Shown here: positions 28,622 to 38,300 of the stretch, one piece after another
Layout of the letters: the number at the start of each line of letters is the position of its first letter
How positions within the stretch are numbered: the first letter of the stretch is position 1
Assembly (NCBI GenBank): GCA_963774895.1
Contig: CAVZGN010000001.1
Location: 292,495-356,494 of the forward strand
Origin: an uncultured Pseudomonadota bacterium
GTDB lineage: Bacteria > Pseudomonadota > Gammaproteobacteria > Natronospirales > REEB76
DNA: 64,000 bases
Direction: 5' to 3'
Made by a program: the position numbers and the translations under genes
Notes under the pieces: model-generated
What the model was told of the DNA's origin: nothing
The model's input: only the letters and a program-made list of their open reading frames with translations
Database searches by the model: none

Positions 28622-31600
28622 ATGGTACATGTTCGGGTTTGGGTAATATCACGCTGGTATGCGGCGGGACTGCTCGCTGTATTGGGAGGTTCCGCACTCG
28701 GGGCCAATTCCCTGGCTCCCCTGTATTCCCAACTCCACTGGCGCGAGGTTGGTCCATTTCGTGGCGGCTGGTCCACCATGGCGGCGGGAATCCCCGGTCA
28801 GCCCAATGTGTTTTATTTCGGTGGTGCCGATGGCGGTGTATGGAAGACCAGCGATGCGGGCCTGACCTGGCAACCTTCCTTTCAGCAGGCGGGTTCCATC
28901 TCTATCGGCGCCCTGGCCATCGCGTCCTCGAACCCTGACGTCCTGTATGTGGGCACGGGCCAGGTGGCAGCGCGGTATGACGTCGTCGAAGGTGACGGGG
29001 TCTACCGCAGTACGGATGGCGGCAAGAGCTGGCAGCATCGGGGCCTGGATGAAACTCGGCACATCGGCCGCATCTGGATCGATCCCAAGAATCCGGATGT
29101 GGTGCTGGTGGCCGCGCTCGGCAATTATTTTGGAGCCAGCGCACAGCGCGGCGTATTCCGTTCCACGGACGGCGGTCAGCATTGGGACAAGGTGCTGTTC
29201 GTCAACAATGATACCGGCGCAGTGGATATCAGCGCTGATGATGCGCACCCTGAGCTGATGTTCGCCGCCACCTGGCAGACGCGCATGTATCCCTGGTTGT
29301 CTTATTACAAGCCGGGTGTGGAGGCGGGAAGCGGCATCTGGAGATCCATGGATGAAGGCAAGACCTGGGTCAGACTTTCAGGGCATGGGTTGCCAGCTGA
29401 ATCCATGGGACGCATCGGCCTGGCGGTCGCGCCAGGGACTAGCGGCCAGCGCGTATATGCCATCATCCAGTTACGCAAGCCGGATGACAGCGCCCTGTAC
29501 CGCTCAGATGACGGCGGAGAAAACTGGAAGCGATTGGGCGGCAACGGTCTCGGTAATTCCTATTTCGGCCGGGTGACTGTGGATCCCAAGAATCCCGATA
29601 CCGTCTATGTCATGAACCGTTCGGTGGCGCGCAGCACTGACGGCGGCAAGACTTTCATCTGGTTCAAGGGCGCGCCTGGCGGCGATGACTATCACTTCAT
29701 GTGGATCAATCCCGACGACGATGATTACATGATCCTGGCCAGCGACCAGGGCACCACCGTCAGCGTGGACGGCGGCCAAAACTGGTCGAGTTGGTATAAC
29801 CAGCCCACCGGCCAGTTCTATCACGTGGTGGCCGATAATCGCTTCCCATACCGCATCTACAGCGGTCAGCAGGACAGCGGTACGGTGGAAACCAAGACCC
29901 GCGGCGACTACGGCGAGATCACTTTCCGTGAATGGCACCCGGTGGGCGGCGACGAGCGCAGCTACGCGGTGCCCGATACCGGTGACCCCAACATCGTGTA
30001 TGTGGGCGGTTTGGGTGGCCATGTATCGCGTTTTGATGCGCGCACCGCGGATGTGCAGAATATTTCCGCAACACCGGTTTCACACTATGGAGAACGGCCC
30101 TCGACCCTCAAGTACCGCTATAACTGGTTCTATCCGGTGGTGGCGGACCCGCACGCGGCACATACCCTGTATCTGGGATCCCAATACCTGTTCAAGACCA
30201 GCGACGAAGGCCAGCACTGGCACACCATCAGTCCAGACCTGAGCGGCGCCGATCCCAAGAACGCTAAGAACTGCAATGCAGATGACATCACACTTCAAGA
30301 TGCGCGCGCCTGCGGTTATGGCGAGATCTTTGCGATCGCGCCGTCACCCATCAAGCGTGATGAGATCTGGGTTGGCAGTGACGACGGTTTTATCCACTTG
30401 ACCCGCGATGGGGGAAAGCACTGGCAGAACGTCACGCCCGCCGGCATGCCGTTCTGGGGGCGTGTCAACCAGATCGACGCTTCACCGACCGATCCGGCCA
30501 GTGCCTACGCGGCCGTGGATGTACATCGCCGGGATGTTCGCGCTGCCTACATGTTCCGCACCCACGATTATGGACAGCATTGGACCAAGATCACGGACGG
30601 CATCCCCGCCGGCCAGTATGTTTACGTCGTGCGCCAGGATCTTAAGAATCCGGGCTTGCTGTATGCAGGCACGAACGCGGGCGTCTATGTATCGTTTGAC
30701 GACGGTGATCACTGGCAGTCACTGCAGCTCGACTTGCCGAGTGTGCGGGTACGGGATCTCACTTTGCATGGCGATGATCTGATCGCCGCGACTCAGGGCC
30801 GTGGACTGTTGATACTGGATAACGTGACGCCGTTGCGCCAGGCCAGCGAATCGTTAATGCATGCCACGGCCTACCTGTTTAAGCCGGCTGTCGCGATACG
30901 TGTGCGTGACAATAATAACAAGGACACACCGCTACCACCGGAAATCCCCGCTGCGCAGAATCCACCCGCGGGCGCAGTGTTGGATTACTGGCTGGGGAAG
31001 GACGCACAGGGCCCGGTCAGACTCGCGATCTATGATGCGCACAACAATCTGGTACGCGCCTATGCAAGCGACGCAGCCATCCCAACCCTCAAGACTCATC
31101 GGTATTTCAACGCAGGCTGGTTGGTGCCTACGGAAATGCCATCAACCATACCGGGTGCGCACCGCTTCGTTTGGGACCTGCGTTACGCCCGGCCACGAGC
31201 GATCCTGTATGACTATTCCATTGCCGGCCTATTTAACCAGGGCACACCGGTGGTGCCGGAAGGACCGCGAGTCTTGCCGGGTGATTACCGTGTGGAATTG
31301 AGCGTGGACGGCGTCAATTATAGCCAGCCACTGACAATCTCTTTGGATCCGCGCATGCATCCGGCCGCCGGTGAGTTGCAGCAGCAACTCAGCCTGGCAC
31401 GCCGCATCGATGCAGCCATGGACGAAAGCTTTGCTGCGTATGCGGCACTCCAGGATCTGCACGCACAGCTGACGGCGCTCAAATCCCAATTAATGGCTGA
31501 ACCCGCCAAGGCAAAATTGCCGCAAACAGTGAACGCGCTGGACCAGCAGGTGACGATGCTGGCGGACAAACCCAAAGAGCGGAGCAATTTCGCTGCCATC

Positions 31601-31798
31601 AATCGCGGACTCGCCGACCTGGCGACCCAGATGGATGATGGGGATCGCACACCGCCGGCTTCCTACTACGAGACTTTCGAGTCCTATCGGGTCAATACCC
31701 GGACCGCCATGCAACATTGGCAGCAACTGCGCTCGAATGAGATCCCTGCACTTGATGCGCAACTGAAAAGCCTGGGGATGCAACCACTAAAATTATGA
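28622..31798 (+). CDS. Secreted BNR/Asp-box repeat beta-propeller protein (VPS10/GH74-like)
   Basis: Signal peptide, WREVGPFRGG and many S.DGG.(T/S/H)W Asp-boxes, with a C-terminal coiled coil. Confidence 0.85.
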   Translation: MVHVRVWVISRWYAAGLLAVLGGSALGANSLAPLYSQLHWREVGPFRGGWSTMAAGIPGQPNVFYFGGADGGVWKTSDAGLTWQPSFQQAGSISIGALAIASSNPDVLYVGTGQVAARYDVVEGDGVYRSTDGGKSWQHRGLDETRHIGRIWIDPKNPDVVLVAALGNYFGASAQRGVFRSTDGGQHWDKVLFVNNDTGAVDISADDAHPELMFAATWQTRMYPWLSYYKPGVEAGSGIWRSMDEGKTWVRLSGHGLPAESMGRIGLAVAPGTSGQRVYAIIQLRKPDDSALYRSDDGGENWKRLGGNGLGNSYFGRVTVDPKNPDTVYVMNRSVARSTDGGKTFIWFKGAPGGDDYHFMWINPDDDDYMILASDQGTTVSVDGGQNWSSWYNQPTGQFYHVVADNRFPYRIYSGQQDSGTVETKTRGDYGEITFREWHPVGGDERSYAVPDTGDPNIVYVGGLGGHVSRFDARTADVQNISATPVSHYGERPSTLKYRYNWFYPVVADPHAAHTLYLGSQYLFKTSDEGQHWHTISPDLSGADPKNAKNCNADDITLQDARACGYGEIFAIAPSPIKRDEIWVGSDDGFIHLTRDGGKHWQNVTPAGMPFWGRVNQIDASPTDPASAYAAVDVHRRDVRAAYMFRTHDYGQHWTKITDGIPAGQYVYVVRQDLKNPGLLYAGTNAGVYVSFDDGDHWQSLQLDLPSVRVRDLTLHGDDLIAATQGRGLLILDNVTPLRQASESLMHATAYLFKPAVAIRVRDNNNKDTPLPPEIPAAQNPPAGAVLDYWLGKDAQGPVRLAIYDAHNNLVRAYASDAAIPTLKTHRYFNAGWLVPTEMPSTIPGAHRFVWDLRYARPRAILYDYSIAGLFNQGTPVVPEGPRVLPGDYRVELSVDGVNYSQPLTISLDPRMHPAAGELQQQLSLARRIDAAMDESFAAYAALQDLHAQLTALKSQLMAEPAKAKLPQTVNALDQQVTMLADKPKERSNFAAINRGLADLATQMDDGDRTPPASYYETFESYRVNTRTAMQHWQQLRSNEIPALDAQLKSLGMQPLKL

Positions 31799-31826
31799 AG
31801 CGACATCCATAACAAGACCATGAAAG

Positions 31827-31854
31827 CAAACGCCCGGCGAGAGCCGGGCGTTTG
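31827..31854. terminator. Bidirectional intrinsic terminator
   Basis: Perfect hairpin CAAACGCCCGGC-GAGA-GCCGGGCGTTTG between convergent genes. Confidence 0.75.
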
Positions 31855-31881
31855 AATCTGTAAGGAGGAAAGACCGGATAG

Positions 31882-32565
31882 TTAATTCGATCCCGCCACT
31901 TTCTTGAGACAGGTTATGATTTCATCGCTCATTTTCATCGCGGCTTCATCAGTTTTGGCCGGGTTCTTGACTTCCGGGCAACCTGCTTTCTTGGCATAGG
32001 GCTCAAACGCTGGTGACGCCACCAGCACACGCGCCTTATCCAGCCATTGGTATTGGTTGATCAAGGCATTGCGGAAGGCAGTCTGGGCAGTGTTTACTTC
32101 CTTGGGTGCTGTCTTGACCTCCTGGTTATATTTTGTAGCGCGTGCAATCCAATCATTCTGGCGTTTGTTCAACTGAGCTGGTTCAGACTTTAATTGATCA
32201 CTTGTCTGTTTGAGCTCGGTGTTCTGTGCCTTGCAGGCATTGTACTGATCGGTAGTTTTTGGTTTCGCACATGCCGCCTCGTAATCGCTGGCTTTCTGGT
32301 TGAAATCAGCCGAAGCCTTTTTCAAGGCATCGATATCGGCTTGCAACTGCTGCTGCTGCTCCTGGATCGACTTGCCTTCGGCCACCAGAGCGTCATTATT
32401 TTTGACGGACGCGTCCAATGCGGCTTTGGTGGAATTCGTCTTCCCCGTAGCGGCCTCACCTTGGGTGATTAGACTCGCGACCGATTCGGCGCCCCAAGCG
32501 GTAGTCAGTGCACTGTTAAGACCGAAGATGGTTGCCAGCATGAAAATACGTACGGTGGTCTTCAT
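31882..32565 (-). CDS. Secreted coiled-coil hypothetical protein
   Basis: Signal peptide ending AWG/AES, long A/K/Q-rich heptads and four Cys. Confidence 0.75.
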   Translation of the reverse strand: MKTTVRIFMLATIFGLNSALTTAWGAESVASLITQGEAATGKTNSTKAALDASVKNNDALVAEGKSIQEQQQQLQADIDALKKASADFNQKASDYEAACAKPKTTDQYNACKAQNTELKQTSDQLKSEPAQLNKRQNDWIARATKYNQEVKTAPKEVNTAQTAFRNALINQYQWLDKARVLVASPAFEPYAKKAGCPEVKNPAKTDEAAMKMSDEIITCLKKVAGSN

Positions 32566-32620
32566 TGAAAGCCTCGTTGGATGGATTTATAACTCTAATT
32601 GTAGATGGAAACCCCTGCCG

Positions 32621-34003
32621 TCACCAAGTGCTTACGAGCCGGTCGGCTAATTTCAGGGCCGCCAGCCTAAGCTCGGGCACGGCCGTGCATTCCCAGTCGC
32701 GGGCTTTGAGCAGCGGGCCGGTGTAAAAAATAACCTCGGAAGTACGGTTGGTGTGATCAAGCAGGGCGCCCTCGTTGTCAGTCTGCAAGCCCAGCCTTAA
32801 TGGGTCGGGCATCAGCAACCCTTGTTTCAAGAGTGAATGGATCAACGGGTCGCGTAGCTTGGTAAGATCGCTTTGCGGGCCGGTGCAGTTGACGACGATC
32901 GCTATCTGTGTATGTTGGATCAAGGAGTGATGGCGCGCCTTCCAGGAGACCGTGATCTGTCTATTATTGGACGTTAGCTTAAGCAATCGTCCCGCCTGGG
33001 TAACGAGTTTTCCAGCACGCAATAACCCATCCAGTCTGGCAGCGGCCATGGGCGCGGTGCGGTGGCGGTGGGTATCCCAGTAAGGTTGCAGATGGCGAAG
33101 AAATCGCCGCCGTTCTGCGAGATCCAGTGCCTGCCATAGGGCCGGCGTGACCGAACGCAACGAGCCGATGACATCACGCCAATCAACGCCCGCAGCAGCC
33201 AGTTCGCGAATGTGCCGTCGCACCGTATGCAGGTACTGATGAATTGTAGCCTGACCGCTCAGCATTCCCGGAGGCAGCAAATTCTCTGCCGGCATGGATG
33301 GCAGATCACGATGAGTCTGGGGTAGCAGGCCGCGGCGTGAAAGCGCGAACAAAACACTGGAGAAACCCCGGCGCGTAAGTTCCAATGCTACATCCATCAT
33401 GGTGAGCCCGGTGCCAATTAGAAATACAGGTTGCGCCAGATGCACATTATCCAGGGCACCCGTCGCCCAAGGGTCACGGATGTAAGCCGGGCTTTCAAAA
33501 AAATCCAGGTCCGATACCGGTGGATCGGCGGCCGGATAATTGCCTACGGCTAAAACCAGGCGATCTGCTGTATGTTCACTGCCATCTGCAAGCAGTAGAT
33601 CCAGCTGTTGATTTCCACGCGCAAGCTTCAGGTCAATCACTTCACCCGTGATGGTCTTGAGCCGAGCTTGTGTGGAGGCAGCCGCTGCTTCCTCGAGACG
33701 GGTGCCGAGATAACGTCCATAGATATCGCGTGCTACGAAACTTGCCCCAGTGACGGCGGCATCACTGACGCGTGCAAAATCCAGAAAATCATGCTCACGA
33801 TCCGGAAATAAACTCATGCGCCCCGCCGGGACGTTCAGCAGGTGCCAAGGCGAATGTGTGCCATAGGCAACGCCGCGTGCCATGCTGGCGCGACGATTGA
33901 TGAGCAGCACCTCAATCGGTTTATTTCCATGGCGGGTAAGCAGCTGGATGGCGGTAGCAGTGCCGCTGAAACCGGCACCGATGATGGCAATCGTATGCTT
34001 CAT
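32621..34003 (-). CDS. FAD/NAD(P)-binding oxidoreductase of unknown function (YdhS-like)
   Basis: Motifs IIGAGFSG, GVAY...HLLNVPAGRMS, GTGLTMMD, NCTGP and WECTAVPEL. Confidence 0.85.
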   Translation of the reverse strand: MKHTIAIIGAGFSGTATAIQLLTRHGNKPIEVLLINRRASMARGVAYGTHSPWHLLNVPAGRMSLFPDREHDFLDFARVSDAAVTGASFVARDIYGRYLGTRLEEAAAASTQARLKTITGEVIDLKLARGNQQLDLLLADGSEHTADRLVLAVGNYPAADPPVSDLDFFESPAYIRDPWATGALDNVHLAQPVFLIGTGLTMMDVALELTRRGFSSVLFALSRRGLLPQTHRDLPSMPAENLLPPGMLSGQATIHQYLHTVRRHIRELAAAGVDWRDVIGSLRSVTPALWQALDLAERRRFLRHLQPYWDTHRHRTAPMAAARLDGLLRAGKLVTQAGRLLKLTSNNRQITVSWKARHHSLIQHTQIAIVVNCTGPQSDLTKLRDPLIHSLLKQGLLMPDPLRLGLQTDNEGALLDHTNRTSEVIFYTGPLLKARDWECTAVPELRLAALKLADRLVSTW

Positions 34004-34055
34004 AGTATGCCACGATTGTAATGGCCGCATGCTGTACGATTTTTCATTTGTGATA

Positions 34056-35351
34056 TTAGAGTATCGCGGCGTAATCATCCTGGACGCGCGCCAGGTCCAG
34101 CTTGTTGAGGAAATTCGAGTAGCACATCCATGCAGTGATGCCGTTCAGGTCCGCGAACGGCGGCGGCAGGAAGCGTGGCGGCGTGATGATGCCTTCGTCC
34201 ACATACTGCGCCAGGGTGCGTACGTCTTCGAGCGTGGTCTTGCCGCAAAACAGCATGGGGATGCGGTGCAGCATGCCCTTCTTGACCGCCAGCCGGATGT
34301 AGTTGTAAATCATGATGAAGCCCTTGTTATAGGACAGGTCCTTGGTAAAGGGCTGGCCCGATGGCGTGCTGCCACGGAAGATGCGTGAGGCGTTGGCGAA
34401 ACTCTCCTCTTCGGTAAGGTTCTGGGTAAGGTAAAAACGGTACACGTCCAGGAAGTCACCGCCCTGTTCGGCCATGTGCACGGCCGTGATCCGGTTCGCA
34501 AGACGTTTGAGGCGGCTTGGATAGGAAGCGAAGGTTACGATTTCCATGAGGATCGCGAGACCTTCCTGGGTGATGGTGGAAGAGGGTGGGCCTTTGGAGA
34601 GGAAGGTGCACACAGGCTGGTTGCTGCCGTTCAGGGTGGTGCCCAAATGTACCCAGCCTTCATGCACTTCCAGCACCCGCAGGTCGCGTTGGTTGAATCT
34701 GGCATCCTTGCGGATCTTGATGTAGTCGGCGCCGGCAGCGGCATCCGCCAGGATGCCGTCCGACAGCCTGACGTGCATGGCGGCATTCGATTCACCGTAA
34801 ACCTGGTTGATGCGCTGCTGCAGGATTTTTACCGCATCCTCGCCGGAAATATTCTTATCCGCCGGTTTCAGCAGTTCGCTTTGGTCGATGTTCGATATGG
34901 CGTCGCTCAATAGTTTGCCGAGATCGGCCAGTGTCGGGCCGCCCGCATGGAAGGCGTCGCTGGCCGAACCATAGAGTTCCTGGGAAAGGGCCGCGAATTC
35001 CGGCGTGCCGCGGGTTTCCAGCATGCGCACGACCTGGATGTACTCACGACACATGCGCCGCATGATTCCGCCCAGAGGATTGTATTGACCCAAATGAGTG
35101 GAGACATCGCGTTCGATGTCATGAAATTCCTGACGTTTCTGGGCCGCGTCGAAGCCCAGTGGACGGCCGTCATAGTAAGCCTGATCGACATTCGGCAGTT
35201 CCCTGGCCCCGTTCCTGAAGAAGTCTGCCTGGATGCTGCCATCCCACTTGATCTGGTCAAGAATCCGGATAGGCCTCTGCGCCACGACCAGGCGGTCGGA
35301 GAGTGTACGCAATAGTTGTCTGTAGTCAGCGCTGTTGTCCGGTGTCGACAT
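34056..35351 (-). CDS. QEGLA-motif protein (DUF1704, putative metallocarboxypeptidase)
   Basis: HEGWVH (HExxxH), TQEGLA, RIFRG and FTKDLSY..G motifs. Confidence 0.88.
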   Translation of the reverse strand: MSTPDNSADYRQLLRTLSDRLVVAQRPIRILDQIKWDGSIQADFFRNGARELPNVDQAYYDGRPLGFDAAQKRQEFHDIERDVSTHLGQYNPLGGIMRRMCREYIQVVRMLETRGTPEFAALSQELYGSASDAFHAGGPTLADLGKLLSDAISNIDQSELLKPADKNISGEDAVKILQQRINQVYGESNAAMHVRLSDGILADAAAGADYIKIRKDARFNQRDLRVLEVHEGWVHLGTTLNGSNQPVCTFLSKGPPSSTITQEGLAILMEIVTFASYPSRLKRLANRITAVHMAEQGGDFLDVYRFYLTQNLTEEESFANASRIFRGSTPSGQPFTKDLSYNKGFIMIYNYIRLAVKKGMLHRIPMLFCGKTTLEDVRTLAQYVDEGIITPPRFLPPPFADLNGITAWMCYSNFLNKLDLARVQDDYAAIL

Positions 35352-35363
35352 ACTCGAGAACGT

Positions 35364-38300
35364 TCAGCCGGCCGCAATACGCGCCAGCTTGCGTACTTCT
35401 TGCATAGCCACCGCCAGGCTCGGAAAATCGGTGATATTGGCGTTCTTCATCTCGCCCAGGACACGTTGTGTATGCTGGATGCGTGAGGTGTACTCCGCGA
35501 ACCAGGTATTGACGTGATCCATGGCATCGCCCACGTTCGTGACCTTGTTCAGCGCTTGGGACGTGAGCAGCCGCTGTTGCAGATACAGATTTTCACGCAG
35601 GGTGGCGCGCGCTTCCGCCTGCCAATGACCATCGACTGAGAGCGATTCTATTTGGCCACGCAACCAGTCAAGACCCAACTCACGGCCGATATGGAAGTAG
35701 ATTCGCGCCACCGCATCTACTGGCAGTTTGGTCTGCTGGGCCACGTCCACCAGGTCGAAGGCGGGATATAGGGTCGGGATCGTGGCAATATGATGTGCCA
35801 GGGATTCCGGCACTCCAACATCGGAGTACTGCTGCAGCATGCGATGGTAATGCTCCATCTGGGGTTCGCTCAGGACCGCCGCCATGTGCGTGCTGAGATG
35901 CTCGATGCCGGGCCGGTACATCGGTACGGTGGCGGCGATATCCAGGCGGCCGTGGAGGTGATCCAGCAGCCAGCGGCTGGCATGCTTCAGTAACCCGACG
36001 GTCTGTACCGCCATTGCGACCTGCACGTTGGCCGGTATGCGGTTATCCAGGGCCTCAATGGCGGACCAGATGCTCACCATGCCAAAGCTTTCACGCGCGA
36101 TGGTATAAGCGCGCGCCACCGAGGCGATGCCGACGCCGCTTTCCTCCTGGGTGCGCTGCGCGAACGTCGGTCCCATGCGGTTCACCATGCTATTGGTGAT
36201 GGCGGTGGCCACGATCTCGCGACGCAGGCGGTGCTTGGGCATGAACTCGTGATATTTTCTGCGCAGCTCCGTGGGGAAGTAATTTTCCAGTTCGTTGGCG
36301 AGATACGGGTCTTCAGCCACATCCGAGGCCAGCAACGCGTTGTAGATGGCGATCTTGCTATAGGCCAGCAGCACCGCGAGCTCCGGGCGGGTCAGCCCAT
36401 GCGTGCTGGAGCGGCGTTCCTTGAGTTCCTCATCACTGGGCAGGAATTCGATAGCACGATTCAGTATCCCGGATTTTTCCAGCTGGTACATCAGGTAGGC
36501 ATGTTCATTGATGCGAGCTGTTGCCTGGGATTCAGCCATGGACAGGGCCTGGGCCTGCATGTAGTTATCGCGCAATACCAGTGCGCCCACCTCGTCGGTC
36601 ATGCTGGCCAGCAATGTGTTGCGCATGGCTCCGGTTAAACGCTTTTCGTTCGCCACCAGATTAAGCAGGATCTTGATGTTGACCTCGTGGTCCGAGGTAT
36701 CCACACCGGCGGAATTGTCGATGAAATCGGTGTTGAGACGCCCGCCGTTTAGCGCATACTCCACACGCCCAAGTTGCGTAAGGCCCAGATTGCCGCCTTC
36801 ACCCACGACCTTGCAGCGCAAGTCGCGGCCATTGATGCGCACCGCGTCATTGTTGCGGTCGCCGACTTCCGCATTGCTCTCATGGCTGGATTTCACATAG
36901 GTGCCGATGCCGCCATTCCATAACAGGTCAACCGGGGCTTTCAGGATTGTGCGCATGAGTTCCGCGGGCGTCAGTTGATGGGCTTCGATGCCCAGAGCCT
37001 GACGTGCTTCTGCGCTGATCTTTATCAGTTTGGCGGAGCGTGGGAATACGCCGCCACCGCCTGAGATCAGTTTGCTGTCATAGTCGGCCCAGGAGGAACG
37101 CGCCAGATTGAACAAGCGCGCGCGTTCCTTGAGACTTGTCGCCAACTCTGGATTCGGATCGATAAAGATATGGCGGTGATCGAAGGCCGCCAGCAGCTTG
37201 ATATACGGCGACAGCAGCATGCCGTTGCCGAACACATCGCCGGACATATCACCGATGCCGACCACCGTGAACTCCGTGGTCTGGGTGTCAAGGCCCATTT
37301 CACGGAAATGGCGCTTCACGGACTCCCAGGCTCCCTTGGCGGTGATACCCATTTTTTTGTGGTCGTACCCGGCGGAACCGCCCGAGGCAAAGGCATCGCC
37401 CAGCCAGAAATTATATTCAGCCGATATGCCATTGGCGATGTCGGAAAAACTCGCCGTGCCTTTATCCGCAGCCACTACCAGATAGGGATCATCGTCATCA
37501 TGTCGCACTACCTGCGGCGGCGGCACGATCTTGTCCTTTACGATGTTGTCGGTCAGGTCCAGCAGGCCGTGCATGAATGTCTGGTAGCAGGACACCACTT
37601 CCTTCATGACGGCCTCGCGGTTTTCACTGCGTGGCGGTTGTTTCACATAGAAACCGCCTTTGGACCCTACCGGTACGATGACGGTATTCTTGACCTGCTG
37701 GGCCTTCATGAGTCCCAGCACTTCCGTGCGGAAATCCTCGCGCCGGTCTGACCAGCGGATGCCGCCACGTGCCACCTTGCCACCGCGCAGGTGTACTGCC
37801 TCCACATGCGGTGAATACACCCAGATCTCATACATTGGGCGTGGCAGTGGCAGTTCCGGTATCTGCGAGGAATCGAACTTGAAGGACACGTAGGGCTTGT
37901 GTCCGTTGCCCTTGAGGGTCTGATAGTAGTTGGTACGGATGGTGGCACGCACCACGTTCAGGAAGCTCCGTAGGATGCGATCGTCATCCAGGCTGGACAC
38001 CGATTCCAGGGCCTTGTCAATTTCTTCCGTGAATCGCACGATCAGCGCATCACGGTCTTTGGCCCCCTTGGGATTATGGCGAGCCTCGAAATACTGCACC
38101 AGCAAGGCTGCAATTCGTGGATTGTTGGTGATGGTGCGTTGCATGTAATCCGGACTGAAAGTCAGGTTGGTCTGCAGCAGGTATTTGCAGTAAGCCCGCA
38201 GCAGCATGGCCTGCCGCCAGTTGAGTTCCGCACCCAGCACCAGGCGGTTGAAACCATCATTTTCGGCTTCACCGCGCCATACGCGGGCAAATTGTTCATG

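Noticed and set aside
28622-31798. Specific xyloglucanase or sialidase call for the BNR protein
   Set aside because: Asp-box repeats alone do not define a substrate, and catalytic residues could not be verified.
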